Source: an uncultured Verrucomicrobiae bacterium
GTDB taxonomy: Bacteria > Verrucomicrobiota > Verrucomicrobiia > Limisphaerales > UBA11358
Length of the DNA stretch: 64,000 bases
Direction: 5' to 3'
NCBI GenBank assembly: GCA_963738225.1
Contig: CAVTVR010000007.1
Location: 48,018-112,017, forward strand
Both the position numbers and the translations under genes were made by a program. Under the pieces are notes generated by a model. It was not told where the DNA came from and did not search any database. It worked only from the letters and a program-made list of their open reading frames with translations. Positions 18,388-28,698 of this stretch are shown here, piece by piece. Each line of letters opens with the position of its first letter. The stretch's first letter is position 1.

Positions 18388-18552
18388 TAGCCACGGAGTG
18401 GCGTGCGATAGTAGCCCACGGTGAAACCGTGGGAATGTATTGGTAGAACGATTCAAGCCCCGGACGGGGCGGAAGAAATGGATTTTCGTTGCGGGGTTTT
18501 CTTTCGCTCCTGCCGGAGCTTGGTGGGTTTGTGGACGATTAAACCCATAGCT
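18388..18552. repeat. structured REP-like repeat, copy 2, plus a second hairpin-rich unit
   Basis: 18388-18488 parallels 17813-17912: stems are conserved (CCCACGG/CCGTGGG, CCCCG/CGGGG) while loops differ. 18495-18552 adds a further GC-rich palindromic unit (...AAACCCATAGCTGGCGCTATGGGCT...). Confidence 0.7.
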
Positions 18553-18667
18553 GGCGCTATGGGCTAGGCAACAAGCTTTGTTTGTTTTGCCATAATTGTT
18601 TGAGAATAGGCAGATAATTAACGTGATGCGAAATAAAAATATTCGAGATGAGTTTTTGGCATCGCGA

Positions 18668-19699
18668 TCATTTGATCTGCTGAATCTGCCGGGTGATTTC
18701 AAACGCCAGATCCAGCGCGCGCTTGGCGGATTCGCCGCTGACGACGGGCGCCTGTTTCTCGCGGACGCAGTTGACGAAGCTTTGCAGTTCCAGTTTGAGC
18801 GGCTCGTCCTTCGCAATCGGCACCGGCTCGCGCACGATTTTTTTGCCGCCAAAATGGCTGATGATGGTGGAGTCTTTGCCGATGCCGAGCTTGGCGACCA
18901 TGATTTTTTTCAGCAGTGAACTTTCTTCCTGGTCGTCGCGGGCGACGCGTAAAATATATCCTTCCTGCACGCGGTAATCGAGCGAGATGTAGCAGGGATT
19001 GGTCGGGCCGCTGAAGACGCGGATCTTGCGCATCCGCTCCGGGCTGACGCGGCTGGCGGTGAGGTTGGCCACGCAGCCGCTGGCGAAACGCAGCCGCACG
19101 TTGGCGATGTCCTCGCTTCGGCTCAACACCGGGATGCCCACGCCATCCACGCTGGTCACCGGCGATTTGACGAACGCGAGAATCACGTCGAGATCGTGAA
19201 TCATCAAATCCAGCACCACGCCGATGTCTGTGCTGCGCGCGGGATAGGGCGAAAGCCGGTGGCATTCGATGAACTTCGGCTCGGTGGCGACATCTTGGAG
19301 AAATTTGAAAACGGGATTGAACCGCTCGACGTGACCGACTTGCAGAACGAGATTTTTTTTCTGCGCGAGTTCGCACAGTTCGGCGGCCTGCTCGGAACTG
19401 TCGGTCATCGGTTTTTCGACGAGCACATGCTTGCCTTGGGCGAGCAGCGTCCGGGCGATGTCAAAATGCGTGGTGGTGGGCGTGACGATGTTCAACGCGT
19501 CACTGGCGGCGGCGGCCTCGGCGATGGAAGTGAAGACGCGCAGCTTGTGTTTCTCGGCGACTTTGCGGGCGGTTTCGGCATGCGCGTCGAAAATGCCGGT
19601 GAGTTCCACCGCGCCGGCGGCGTGAAGTTCGGAGTAGATGCGGGCGTGATGTTGACCGAGCGAGCCGGTGCCGAGAACGGCGACTTTGACTTTAGCCAT
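18668..19699 (-). CDS. Gfo/Idh/MocA-family NAD(P)-dependent oxidoreductase
   Basis: Trimmed to ATG 19699 (MAKVKVAVLGTGSLGQHHARIY, Rossmann fold). EKP motif (VLVEKPMT). Lies upstream of the lpx genes. Confidence 0.83.
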   Translation of the reverse strand: MAKVKVAVLGTGSLGQHHARIYSELHAAGAVELTGIFDAHAETARKVAEKHKLRVFTSIAEAAAASDALNIVTPTTTHFDIARTLLAQGKHVLVEKPMTDSSEQAAELCELAQKKNLVLQVGHVERFNPVFKFLQDVATEPKFIECHRLSPYPARSTDIGVVLDLMIHDLDVILAFVKSPVTSVDGVGIPVLSRSEDIANVRLRFASGCVANLTASRVSPERMRKIRVFSGPTNPCYISLDYRVQEGYILRVARDDQEESSLLKKIMVAKLGIGKDSTIISHFGGKKIVREPVPIAKDEPLKLELQSFVNCVREKQAPVVSGESAKRALDLAFEITRQIQQIK

Positions 19700-19795
19700 G
19701 CGCGGAGTTTGCCAGCAAACGGAGGAAACTGAAATCAGAAATGTCGCGGCAAGAGTCGCGCGAAGGACGCGAAGGCGCGACAAAATCTGAAAATC

Positions 19796-20302
19796 TTATT
19801 CATTCCACGACCTGCCCATGAATCGGCCTTTGCCGCCGGACAAAACATGAATTGCCCGCTGAACATTTCGTGTTTGCGCTTCGGCTGATTTCAGCCATGA
19901 GAAGTAACGCAGAATTTCTTTTTGGCGGCTCGGAATCAATTCGCTCCACGCCTGCTTCGCCTTTTGATTTTCGTCGAGCGCATTTTTGAACCACGACGGC
20001 ATCGGATGCGCCGGGCCGCTCCGGTATTCGCCGTCAAATTCCAATTCCACGGTCACGGCGTCGCCCACTTGGGTGTTCGACGCTTTGCGGACGTTGCCGT
20101 GCAGGTAAAGATAAAAACTGCCGTCGCCAACCGGCATAAGATTGATGCGCCACGGCTTTTCCGGTTCGCCATTCACGCGCACGCGGACCGGCAGCGGTTT
20201 GCGCCAGCCTTTTTGGATTTGCGCCGCGCGCCGCGCGCTGACGAGCACGTAGGGATTGATGTTGTTGATTTCTATCACCGAACGAAATCGCAATTGGCTC
20301 AT
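19796..20302 (-). CDS. DUF1905 / YdeI-like protein
   Basis: Trimmed to ATG 20302 (MSQLRFRSVIEI...). The C-terminal EILRYFSWLKSAEAQTRNVQRAI segment resembles the YdeI/OmpD-associated family. Confidence 0.65.
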   Translation of the reverse strand: MSQLRFRSVIEINNINPYVLVSARRAAQIQKGWRKPLPVRVRVNGEPEKPWRINLMPVGDGSFYLYLHGNVRKASNTQVGDAVTVELEFDGEYRSGPAHPMPSWFKNALDENQKAKQAWSELIPSRQKEILRYFSWLKSAEAQTRNVQRAIHVLSGGKGRFMGRSWNE

Positions 20303-20338
20303 AGTTTTCGTTTTCAAAGGCGCGTTTCGCACGACTAT

Positions 20339-20380
20339 AACTTTCAACTTTCAACTTTCAACCTTGAACCGCTAAACTTC
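20339..20380. repeat. tandem heptamers AACTTTC x3 plus 3 degenerate units
   Basis: AACTTTC AACTTTC AACTTTC AACCTTG AACCGCT AAACTTC, immediately upstream of the plsY GTG. No inverted partner seen. Confidence 0.7.
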
Positions 20381-20383
20381 CGC

Positions 20384-21055
20384 GTGCCAATTTTGAGTTA
20401 CATCATCGTTGCGGTCACGGCGTATCTGCTCGGTTCGATTCCCTTTGGCTTTCTCGTGGCGAAGGCGAAGGGCATTGACATCCGCAGCGTGGGCAGCGGC
20501 AACATCGGCGCGACGAACGCCATGCGCGTGCTCGGCAGGCCGATGGGAATTGTCGTGTTGCTGATGGATGTGCTGAAAGGTTACGTCGCATGCGCTTTGA
20601 TTCCGCCGCTGATCTGGAATTGGCTCGCGCCGCATTATTCAGGACTTGTTCAAACTTTCCACGAAACGCCAATTGAAAATCAGATGAAATATTTTTTGGT
20701 CGCCGGCATTTTCGCCGTGCTTGGTCACAATTACACCTGCTGGCTGAAGTTCAAAGGCGGCAAGGGCATTGCGACGACGGCGGGTGTTTATCTCGCGCTC
20801 GCGCCGTGGCCGCTCTTAATCGCGCTCATCGTTTTTCTTCTCGCGGTGGCCATCACGCGCTACATGTCGGTCGGCTCGATTGCGGGCGCGATTGCTTTGC
20901 CGGTCGCGGTCTGGGTGATGTCGCCGCAAAACATTCTTCTCGGCATCGTCACCACGGCGCTCGGCGCGCTGGCGATTTACAAACACAAATCCAACATCCA
21001 ACGGCTCATGGCAGGAACCGAAAACCGTTTCGGCAAAAAAAAGGAGACCAAATGA
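20384..21055 (+). CDS. plsY: glycerol-3-phosphate acyltransferase PlsY
   Basis: GTG 20384 is in frame ([23 protein letters not shown]...). Motifs [10 protein letters not shown] and [14 protein letters not shown]. The track start at 19922 overlaps the opposite-strand gene and is rejected. Confidence 0.87.
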   Translation: MPILSYIIVAVTAYLLGSIPFGFLVAKAKGIDIRSVGSGNIGATNAMRVLGRPMGIVVLLMDVLKGYVACALIPPLIWNWLAPHYSGLVQTFHETPIENQMKYFLVAGIFAVLGHNYTCWLKFKGGKGIATTAGVYLALAPWPLLIALIVFLLAVAITRYMSVGSIAGAIALPVAVWVMSPQNILLGIVTTALGALAIYKHKSNIQRLMAGTENRFGKKKETK

Positions 21056-22029
21056 GAATCTGCGTTTTGGGCGCGGGCGCGTGGGGCGCGGCGCTGGCGA
21101 AAATCCTCCACGAAAATGGAAATTCCGTCGTGCTGTGGGACATCAACACCGCGCTGCTGGCGGAATTGCAATCCGGCCGCAGTGAAAAACTGCTGCCCGG
21201 CGTCGCGCTGCCGACCGATTGGAAAACGGAACCGGATTTCGCGAAGGCCGTCGGCGGGCGCGAAGTGCTGGTGCTGGCGATTCCATCCCAATTTTTCCGC
21301 GAAGTGGCGGTGAAATTGAAGGGGCATCCGGGCATTTTCGTCAGCGTCACGAAAGGCATTGAATTTGAGACGGGCGACACGATGAGCCGTATTTTGCGCG
21401 TGCAGGCGCCGGCGGACCGCGTGGCGGCGTTGTCCGGTCCGAGTTTTGCGCGCGAGGTGGCGATTGGCATTCCCACGTCCGTCGTATGCGCGTGCGAAAG
21501 TGAAGGCACGGCGAAAACGGTGCAGGGATTGTTCCACCGCCCGGAGTTCCGCATCTATCGTAGCCAGGATGTGGTGGGCGTGGAATATGGCGGCGCTCTG
21601 AAAAATGTCATCGCCATCGGCGCGGGCGTGAGCGACGGCCTGGGCTACGGCGACAACACGAAGGCCGGGCTGGTCACGCGGGCGTTGTCCGAAATGCGCC
21701 GGCTCGGCGTGGCGTGCGGCGCAAAAGCGGAGACGTTCACCGGCTTGAGCGGCCTGGGCGATTTGATGCTGACGTGTTTTTCCAAGCAGAGCCGCAACCG
21801 CGATTTGGGCGAGCGGCTGGGCCGCGGCGAGACGATTGAACAGATTCAGGCGTCGCATCCCAAGCTGGCGGAAGGTTATCCCACCGCGCGTTCGGCCTAT
21901 CGGCTGGCGCGGCAGAAGAATGTTTCGACGCCGATCATGGACGAGGTTCACGCGATGCTTTACGAGGGGAAAAATCCGAAGCAGGCCGTGCGCGATCTGA
22001 TTTCAAGGGCGTTCAAGGCCGAGGATTGA
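21052..22029 (+). CDS. gpsA: NAD(P)H-dependent glycerol-3-phosphate dehydrogenase
   Basis: ATG 21052 overlaps the plsY stop (ATGA). [16 protein letters not shown] and GALKNVIAIGAG motifs. Confidence 0.93.
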   Translation: MRICVLGAGAWGAALAKILHENGNSVVLWDINTALLAELQSGRSEKLLPGVALPTDWKTEPDFAKAVGGREVLVLAIPSQFFREVAVKLKGHPGIFVSVTKGIEFETGDTMSRILRVQAPADRVAALSGPSFAREVAIGIPTSVVCACESEGTAKTVQGLFHRPEFRIYRSQDVVGVEYGGALKNVIAIGAGVSDGLGYGDNTKAGLVTRALSEMRRLGVACGAKAETFTGLSGLGDLMLTCFSKQSRNRDLGERLGRGETIEQIQASHPKLAEGYPTARSAYRLARQKNVSTPIMDEVHAMLYEGKNPKQAVRDLISRAFKAED

Positions 22030-22032
22030 GGC

Positions 22033-23181
22033 ATGTTGCGAACTGTGATACATCCGATTCACGAGATTGCCGCCGAAGTCATCCGCAAAACCGGCAAGGA
22101 CAAGCCGGCGGACGCTGCATTGCGCGAAGTTCTTAAACAGGTCAAAAATCTCGCGCCGTTTGACGCCACGGAAGTTGCCAAAACGGTTTTCATTTATTAC
22201 CGCTGGCACGTCTGGCTGCGCGACGAGCGCGGCGTGGAGGCGAAAATGCGGCTCGCCCTGCGGCTGAACCAGCGGTTTCAGGATAACGAAACCAACGTCC
22301 CGCTGTCCGAACTGCGCGCCAAGGCCGTTCCCGCGTGGACGGCGAATTGCATGGAAGTCAGCGACGACTGGCTGCGCTCCTTGCAGCGCGAACCGAAACT
22401 CTGGCTGCGCGCCAAACACGGTCAGGCGGAGTTGCTGGCGGAAAAACTGCCCGGCGCGGAAGTCAGCGAGATGTTGCCGAATGCCTTGCTCTATCGCGGC
22501 GGAGAAGATTTGTTCAAGACGCCGGAATTCCACGCGGGAGAATTTGAGATTCAAGACCTCGCGTCGCAAATCGTCGGCGTGCTTTGCGATCCGCAGCCGG
22601 GCGAGACGTGGTGGGACGCCTGCGCCGGCGAAGGCGGCAAGACGCTGCATCTTTCCGACCTGATGCGGAACAAGGGAATGATCTGGGCGAGCGACCGCGC
22701 GGAATGGCGTCTGGCCAAACTCAAGCGCCGGGCGGGTCGCGCACAAGTTTTCAATTATCGTTCGGCATTCTGGGACGGCGGCGCGAAGCTGCCGACGAAA
22801 ACGAAATTTGACGGCGTGCTTGTGGACGCGCCGTGCAGCGGCATTGGCACCTGGCAGCGCAATCCGCAGGCGCGCTGGACGACGAGCGAAAATGATGTGC
22901 GCGAATTGTCGGCGATTCAGAAAAATTTGCTGGCCAATGTCGAGCCGAGCGTGAAGCCCGGCGGCAAATTGATTTTCTCGGTATGCACTTTGTCGCGTGC
23001 CGAGACGGCGGACGTGGCGGAACATTTCAGTGCGAGCCAGCCGGATTTTGAGCCGCTGATGTTGCCGGAAATTATGGGAAGTCAGAGTCTCCTCACGTCG
23101 GCTGCTGCGAAAACAATCTGGCCGCAGGATTTGGATGGCAACGGAATGTTCATCGCCGGCTGGCGACGAAAGAAAGTTTAG
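22033..23181 (+). CDS. NOL1/NOP2/Sun (RsmB-like) RNA cytosine-C5 methyltransferase
   Basis: SAM-binding WDACAGEGGKTLHL, and the catalytic Cys motifs VLVDAPCSGIGTW and FSVCTL. Confidence 0.83.
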   Translation: MLRTVIHPIHEIAAEVIRKTGKDKPADAALREVLKQVKNLAPFDATEVAKTVFIYYRWHVWLRDERGVEAKMRLALRLNQRFQDNETNVPLSELRAKAVPAWTANCMEVSDDWLRSLQREPKLWLRAKHGQAELLAEKLPGAEVSEMLPNALLYRGGEDLFKTPEFHAGEFEIQDLASQIVGVLCDPQPGETWWDACAGEGGKTLHLSDLMRNKGMIWASDRAEWRLAKLKRRAGRAQVFNYRSAFWDGGAKLPTKTKFDGVLVDAPCSGIGTWQRNPQARWTTSENDVRELSAIQKNLLANVEPSVKPGGKLIFSVCTLSRAETADVAEHFSASQPDFEPLMLPEIMGSQSLLTSAAAKTIWPQDLDGNGMFIAGWRRKKV

Positions 23182-23993
23182 CGGCTTGCGGAAGTTTCCA
23201 AAATCTTGCCGAGGATTTTCCGGATGTCCTCATTGTGCTGCTGCGAAGCGATGCCGAAGGCGTGAACGATGTCGAGCAGGAAGGCGGCGTTCTCCGAGTT
23301 GAAATCATAAAAAACCGTTTCCTTGGAATGGGCCTTGCCGGCTGGTCGCGGCGAGCCGTCCGCCGACAAAACTTCGTTCATCGGCAGGCACACATAAATC
23401 ATCGCCTGATAGCCGACGGCGCGCTGTTTCTGCTTCAACTGGATTTGCACCCAGCCGTGCGGCGTGGTCTTGGTGAACTGCGGGAGCCGTTGCACGGCGC
23501 TTTGAAAACCGTCCGCTGCTGCGTTGGTTGAAACTTCAACCTGCACGGACTGGCTTTCTTCAAAGTCCTCCGGCTGAATTTTCTTCAAGGCTATAATTTC
23601 ACGAACCAGATCGTTCGTCGAAATCAAACCGAGCCGCACCGCTTCAAGAAGAATTTTGGAAAGCTCGTGGCCATATTTCGTCTCACCATTGCGGATGAAT
23701 TTTATTTCGCGAACAACCGTCGGACTGTTCGTGTTCGGAATATCGTAGCCGATTTGCCATTCGAGATAATGCCGTTCGCCGAGAACCGTTTTGCTGGGCG
23801 CCACGGGCAGGCCGAAACCGTCGGAAGATTTTTCCTTCACGCGGACTTTGCCGGTCACATCCGTGAGCGGCAGGCGCACGCGCACCACGTTGGTAAGCGT
23901 TTCGATGCGGACGAGCTTGTATTCCGCGTCGGCGCAAAACGCGCGCAGCGACATTAAAACCAAGGCGAAAAGAATGACAGCAACCTTCCGCAT
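23178..23993 (-). CDS. hypothetical secreted protein
   Basis: ATG 23993 (MRKVAVILFALVLMSLRAFCADA, signal peptide). No recognisable domain. Confidence 0.55.
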   Translation of the reverse strand: MRKVAVILFALVLMSLRAFCADAEYKLVRIETLTNVVRVRLPLTDVTGKVRVKEKSSDGFGLPVAPSKTVLGERHYLEWQIGYDIPNTNSPTVVREIKFIRNGETKYGHELSKILLEAVRLGLISTNDLVREIIALKKIQPEDFEESQSVQVEVSTNAAADGFQSAVQRLPQFTKTTPHGWVQIQLKQKQRAVGYQAMIYVCLPMNEVLSADGSPRPAGKAHSKETVFYDFNSENAAFLLDIVHAFGIASQQHNEDIRKILGKILETSASR

Positions 23994-24000
23994 CACGCAT

Positions 24001-26574
24001 TCAGTTTTCCGGCCTCACGATGGCCACCACGAACGCGTCCGGCTTCAGATATTTTTGCGCGATGGCTTTGGTTTGTTCCAGCGTCACGGCTTCATATTTG
24101 GCGTCGTCCAAATCGGCGCGCTGCCAGCCCAGGCCGTAAAGCTCGTCCGAGCGCCGAAGTTGACGCAAGGTTGCCGAGGTCCGCGCGGGCGATTTTTTTC
24201 TGGCCGATGATCTTGGCCTTGGCGCGTTTCAATTCTTCGGCGGTCAAGCCTTCGGTGCGCAGCAACTCGGCTTCGGCGAGCAATTCTTTTTCCACGAGCG
24301 CAACCTTCGTCGGCTCGGTGCCGGTGTAAAACGCGAAGTAGCCCGGCACTAGGCCGGCGAAATTCTGCGCGCCGACGTAATAAGCCAGGCCAAGCTGTTC
24401 GCGGATGCGCAAAAACAGCCGTGAGCCGAGGTCGCTGCAACATTCCTGCAACAAATCCAGCGCGTATCGGTCGTCGTCTGCCAGCGTCGTGCCGGGAAAA
24501 CCGATGACGAGCACGGCCTGTTTCTTGTCGCGCGTTTCCTCGACGCGGGCGGGCAGGATGGTAGGACTCGCTGTCCCTGACGAGCCGTCGGGCGGCGCGC
24601 ATGGAGTTGACGATCTGCCACTGCCGCCTGCCAGCTGCCAAAGGACTTTTTCCACGGCGGCTTTGAGTTCCGCCGTTTTCACGTCGCCGAAAATCGCCAG
24701 CACGCAGTTGTTCGGCACGGTTAATTTTTGATGAAAGGATTTCAAGTCGGCGACGGAAACTTTGCCGGCGGATTCCTCGCGTGCCGAGCGAATCGAGGCC
24801 GTAGCCGGCCTCGCCAAACAAGGCGCGGCGCATGGCGAGGCTCGCGCTCTTGAGCAGGTCATCCTTGCGGGAGCGGATGCCGGCGATCTGGATTTCCTTT
24901 TCGCGCTCCAGTTCGTCGGCGGGAAAAATCGGATTCAAAATCACGTCGGCCAGCAAATTCAAGCCGGTCGCAAAATCCTCGCTCAACACTTCGGCGTTGA
25001 TGCCAAAACTGTTGTTGCCGCCATAGCTGTCAATGCTGCCGCCGACGGATTCGATTTCCGTCGCGATTTTTTCCGCGCTGCGCGTCGTCGTGCCTTTGAT
25101 GAGCATTTTGGCGAGCAGCATCGTGGTGCCGTTGTTCGCGGCGTTTTCCGCGAGAACGCCGCCTTTGAACACGGCGCGAAATTCCACGAACGGCAGGCGA
25201 TGATCTTCCTTCACCAGCAGCGTCAGTCCGTTCGGCAAAACGATTTTTCTGGATGGCGTTGTCGGTGTTTGACTCGACGTTCGCCTTCGCTTTGGGCGCG
25301 GCGCCTTCGGGCAAGAGCGCGTAAAGCGTGCGGTTTTCCGGCGTGAGATACTGGCGGGTCACGCGCTGGACATCATTGGTCGTGACCTGTTTGACGGCGG
25401 CAAGATAGCGCTCGGAGAAATTCAGGTCGTTCGCGGCGAGCCAGTTGCCGCCGAGATTTTGCGCCTGGCCTTCCATCGTCTTGCGCGAGGAGAGCGTGGC
25501 GGAAATGAACTGCTTGATGGCCTTGTGCAATTCATCGGACGAGACGGAAAGGGATTTTATTTTTTCAATCTCGGCAAGGATGGCGGCGTTGGCGGCTTCA
25601 AACTTGTCGCCGTCCACGACCGCGCTGACACCGAAAAGTCCCGGCAATCCGGGGCTGTAAGTCCACGCGTCCACGTGATGCACGACGCCTTGCTTCTCGC
25701 GCACCTGCTGGAAAAGCCGCGAACTGCGTCCGCTGCCGAGCAAAACGGCGAGCACATCCAGCACCGGCACGTCGGCGTGGCGCAATTCGGGAATGTGCCA
25801 GGCAAAATGGACATGGCCGAGTTCCACCGGCGATTCCTCGATGATTTCGCGCGACGCGGTTTGTCTCGGTTCCAGCGGCAAGACCACTGGCGGCATCGCC
25901 TTTGACTTGGCGTTGGCGTAAGCCGTTTTGATTTGCGCGACGACTTCGTCATTTTTCACATCGCCGGCGACGACAAAGAAGACATTGTTCGGCGCGTATT
26001 TTTCGGTGTAGTAATTACGGATGTCGTCCGGCTTTACTTCGTTGAAAATATCCGGGTAGCCGATGATGGTGAAGCGATACGGACTTTTCGTGTAAGCGGT
26101 TTCAAACAGCCGGCGGCTGGCGCGGCGGCCCGGATCGTCGTGGCACATGTCCATTTCGCGGCGGATGACGTCCATTTCCTTGGCCAGTTCGTCCGGCGGC
26201 AGCGTGGCGTGCTGCATGATGTCGCACAAAATATCAATGGCCTTCACCGCGCCGGTGTTCGGCACGTCAATGTGATAAACCGTGCGGTCAAAGCTGGTGT
26301 AGGCGTTCATGTAACCGCCGGCCTCCTGCACTTCCTGGTCAATGCGGCTGCCGGGGCGCGTCGTCGTGCCTTTGAAGAGCATGTGTTCGAGCACGTGCGA
26401 CAGTCCCGCGCCGAGCCAGCGGCCTTCGTGGATGCTGCCCGCCATCGCCCACGCCTGCGCGGAGACGACCGGCGCGTTGTGGTCCTCGCGGACGATGATG
26501 GTCAGGCCGTTTTCGAGCGTGGTGAGCTTGACGCCGGGCGGGACGGACGGGATGATGGAAAAATCTTTAGTCAT
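24001..26574 (-). CDS. fused double M16 (pitrilysin/insulinase) zinc peptidase, reading frame broken three times as sequenced
   Basis: ATG 26574 (MTKDFSIIPS...) with zinc motif HVLEHMLFKGT. The second M16 unit starts at ...IQK|IVLPNGLTLLVKEDHRLP. Frame changes are needed near 25244-25248 (T5 run), about 24775 and about 24155. The corrected C-terminus is ...KPDAFVVAIVRPEN, with stop at 24001. Confidence 0.75.
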
Positions 26575-26712
26575 TTCAAAGCAATGTCGAAGCGGAAGAG
26601 TATTCGGAAATGCGATTTGGGCAAACCAATTTGGCTGAATCCCAATTCCATATTTTGGTCGGCATAAAATCATCTTGTTTTTAAATGTGTTCCCGTTCAA
26701 GCTCATCATTCC

Positions 26713-27066
26713 ATGAAAAATTTTTCCCCGATTGTTATTCTGCTGATCGCCATTTCCTTGACGGGTTGCGCTTGGATGAAACACAAACCGGCCGCTCCCA
26801 AGCCCGCGCCGGTCGCCGGCAAAAAAATTGTCACGCCGGACGAATCCCTGGCGGCGAAGGTGATCAAAGTCGACACCGAGGGCCGGTTTGTCATCTTGAA
26901 TTTTCCGGAAGGCCAGATGCCCAGGCTGGACCAACACTTGTTCCTTTACCGAGGGGGATTGAAAGTGGCCGAGGTGAAAATCACCGGACCGCAGCAGGAA
27001 ACCAGCATCGTTGCGGACATCGTTGCCGGCGACGCGCAGGCTGGCGAAACCGTTCGCGACCAATAA
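26713..27066 (+). CDS. hypothetical lipoprotein
   Basis: MKNFSPIVILLIAISLTGC lipobox. 117 aa. Confidence 0.62.
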   Translation: MKNFSPIVILLIAISLTGCAWMKHKPAAPKPAPVAGKKIVTPDESLAAKVIKVDTEGRFVILNFPEGQMPRLDQHLFLYRGGLKVAEVKITGPQQETSIVADIVAGDAQAGETVRDQ

Positions 27067-27068
27067 GA

Positions 27069-27413
27069 TTATTCCGCCGGCCTGGGTGATTTTTCCACAA
27101 ACGGCTGCACCGTTTTCGGCAGCGAACTTTTTTTGTAGGGCGAGTGGAGGTTGAAATAAATCCCGCACAACGGCCGCTCTTCATCGCTCTGGCTCAAGAT
27201 GATGGTGACTTCCTTGTCCAGGGCGATGCCGTGGCGCATTCCGGCGCGCGCGGGTGTCGTAGGCTTTGATGGCCTTTTGCAGCAGCGATGTCAGCGAGCG
27301 GCAAATTCCTCCGGCGCTTTTTGCAGGCAGACAACGTAGCGGTCGTAATTTCTTACGGCCTCGTCAATCTCGCGTTGAAAATTGTCCACGGTCATGCTCA
27401 AGCTTAAACTCAT
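27069..27413 (-). CDS. hypothetical small protein, frame broken about twice
   Basis: Own translation gives MSLSLSMTVDNFQREIDEAVRNYDRYVVCLQKAPEEFAA, then SLTSLLQKAIKAYDTRA, then GMRHGIALDKEVTIILSQSDEERPLCGIYFNLH... in three frames. No family recognised. Confidence 0.25.
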
Positions 27414-27451
27414 ATCGGCTGGTTTGCGAAATTATTTAGTCCGCCGCGCGT

Positions 27452-28155
27452 TTAAATTGGCTCGACGCGCTCGCCGAACAGCGCCGTGCCAATGCGCACA
27501 ATCGTCGCGCCTTCTTCAATCGCCACTTCAAAATCGCCGCTCATGCCCATGCTCAAATGCGGCAGGGGCACGCCGAGGATTTTTTCACACTCGGTTTTCA
27601 ATTCCCGCAGCCGCTGAAAATACGGCCGCGCCTTTTCCGGCGACCGGCGTGAACGGCGGAATGGCCATCAGCCCGTGAATCTCAATTTTCGGCAGCGCGT
27701 TAAGCTCGTTCAGCTCCGCCAGCAACTGTTCGGGCTGGTAGCCAAACTTGCTGCCTTCGCCCGCCACGTTCACTTCGAGCAAGATCGGCATCGTCTTGGC
27801 CGCCTGCGCCGCGCGTTTGGAAATTTCCGTCGCGATGCCCAAGCTGTCCACGCCTTGGATCATTTCAAACAATTCCACCGCGTCGCGCACTTTGTTCGAT
27901 TGCAAATGGCCGATGAATTGCCAGCGCGCCTTGCCGGGACAGAGCGGAATTTTCGCCTTGGCCTCCTGGATTTTATTTTCGCCAAAAAGTAATCTGACCG
28001 CAATCCACGGCGGCTTGGATGGTCTCCGGCGGATGCGTTTTGGAAACTGCGAGCAGCATGACAGAATTTTCATCGCGCCCGGCCCGGGCGCACGCGGCGC
28101 AGCAATCCGGATTGAATTCGAATTTTCTGCAAATCACAGCGTTCTCGGCAAACAC
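27452..28155 (-). CDS. yggS: YggS-family pyridoxal-phosphate homeostasis protein, two frame breaks as sequenced
   Basis: LLAVSKTHP (PLP Lys), [17 protein letters not shown]. After a frame change the C-terminus reads ...[29 protein letters not shown]. Breaks near 27985 and 27600. Start (GTG 28155) is uncertain. Confidence 0.8.
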
Positions 28156-28207
28156 ACATGGACACAGATAAAAATTCGTAAATAGTAAATCGTACAATCT
28201 GTAAATT
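28155..28207. repeat. CACATGGACACAGATAAAA unit followed by CGTAAAT-type heptamers
   Basis: CACATGGACACAGATAAAAA at 28155-28174, then CGTAAAT AGTAAAT CGTACAA TCTGTAA at 28177-28204. Confidence 0.6.
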
Positions 28208-28213
28208 TTTTAC

Positions 28214-28628
28214 ATGAATTATTGGCTCGTAAAATCCGAACCCGAAGCCTACTCGTGGGCGCAACTGGTCAAGGACGGCAAAACCGCGTGGACGGGCGTC
28301 CGCAATTTTCAGGCGCGGCTCAATCTGCGCGCGATGAAAAAGAGCGACCTCGTTTTCTTTTATCACAGCGTCAGCGAAAAACAAGTGGTCGGCCTCGCGC
28401 GCGTGGCGAAGGAATTTTATCCCGACGCGACGGCCACCGAAGGCGACTGGTCGTGCGTGGATCTGGAGCCGGTCAAGCCGTTGAAAAATCCGGTGACACT
28501 CGCAGCCGATCAAGGCCGACAAGGTTTTGAAAGAAATGAAGCTGGTCAAACAGTCGCGCCTGTCGGTGACGCCGTTGACGCCGGCGGAATTTGCGCGGCT
28601 GCTGGAACTGGCGGGAACGGTTATTTGA
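28214..28628 (+). CDS. EVE (PUA-like) domain protein, one frame break
   Basis: MNYWLVKSEPEAYSW...VFFYHS... After a shift near 28507 the tail reads IKADKVLKEMKLVKQSRLSVTPLTPAEFARLLELAGTVI, with stop at 28626-28628. Confidence 0.75.
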
Positions 28629-28698
28629 ACGGATTTCCAAGCCGGGCAACGCGCTGAATTTGCTTTCGCGGGCGTCCGGGGTCTGTTAGAAAACCGAC

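Noticed and set aside
18364-18852. Minus-strand ORF of 162 aa spanning the REP-like repeats.
   Set aside because: It is a read-through translation of repeat DNA plus the tail of the oxidoreductase region, with no protein-like features.
19922-20383. The 5' extension of the plsY ORF in the track.
   Set aside because: It overlaps the YdeI-like gene on the opposite strand and translates to Arg-rich junk. GTG 20384 gives a canonical PlsY N-terminus.
20806-21051. The 5' extension of the gpsA ORF.
   Set aside because: It lies inside plsY in another frame. ATG 21052 gives the canonical [12 protein letters not shown] start.
26575-27168. The N-terminal 198 codons of ORF 25030-27168.
   Set aside because: It overlaps the lipoprotein gene on the + strand and has no M16 similarity. 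The peptidase starts at ATG 26574.
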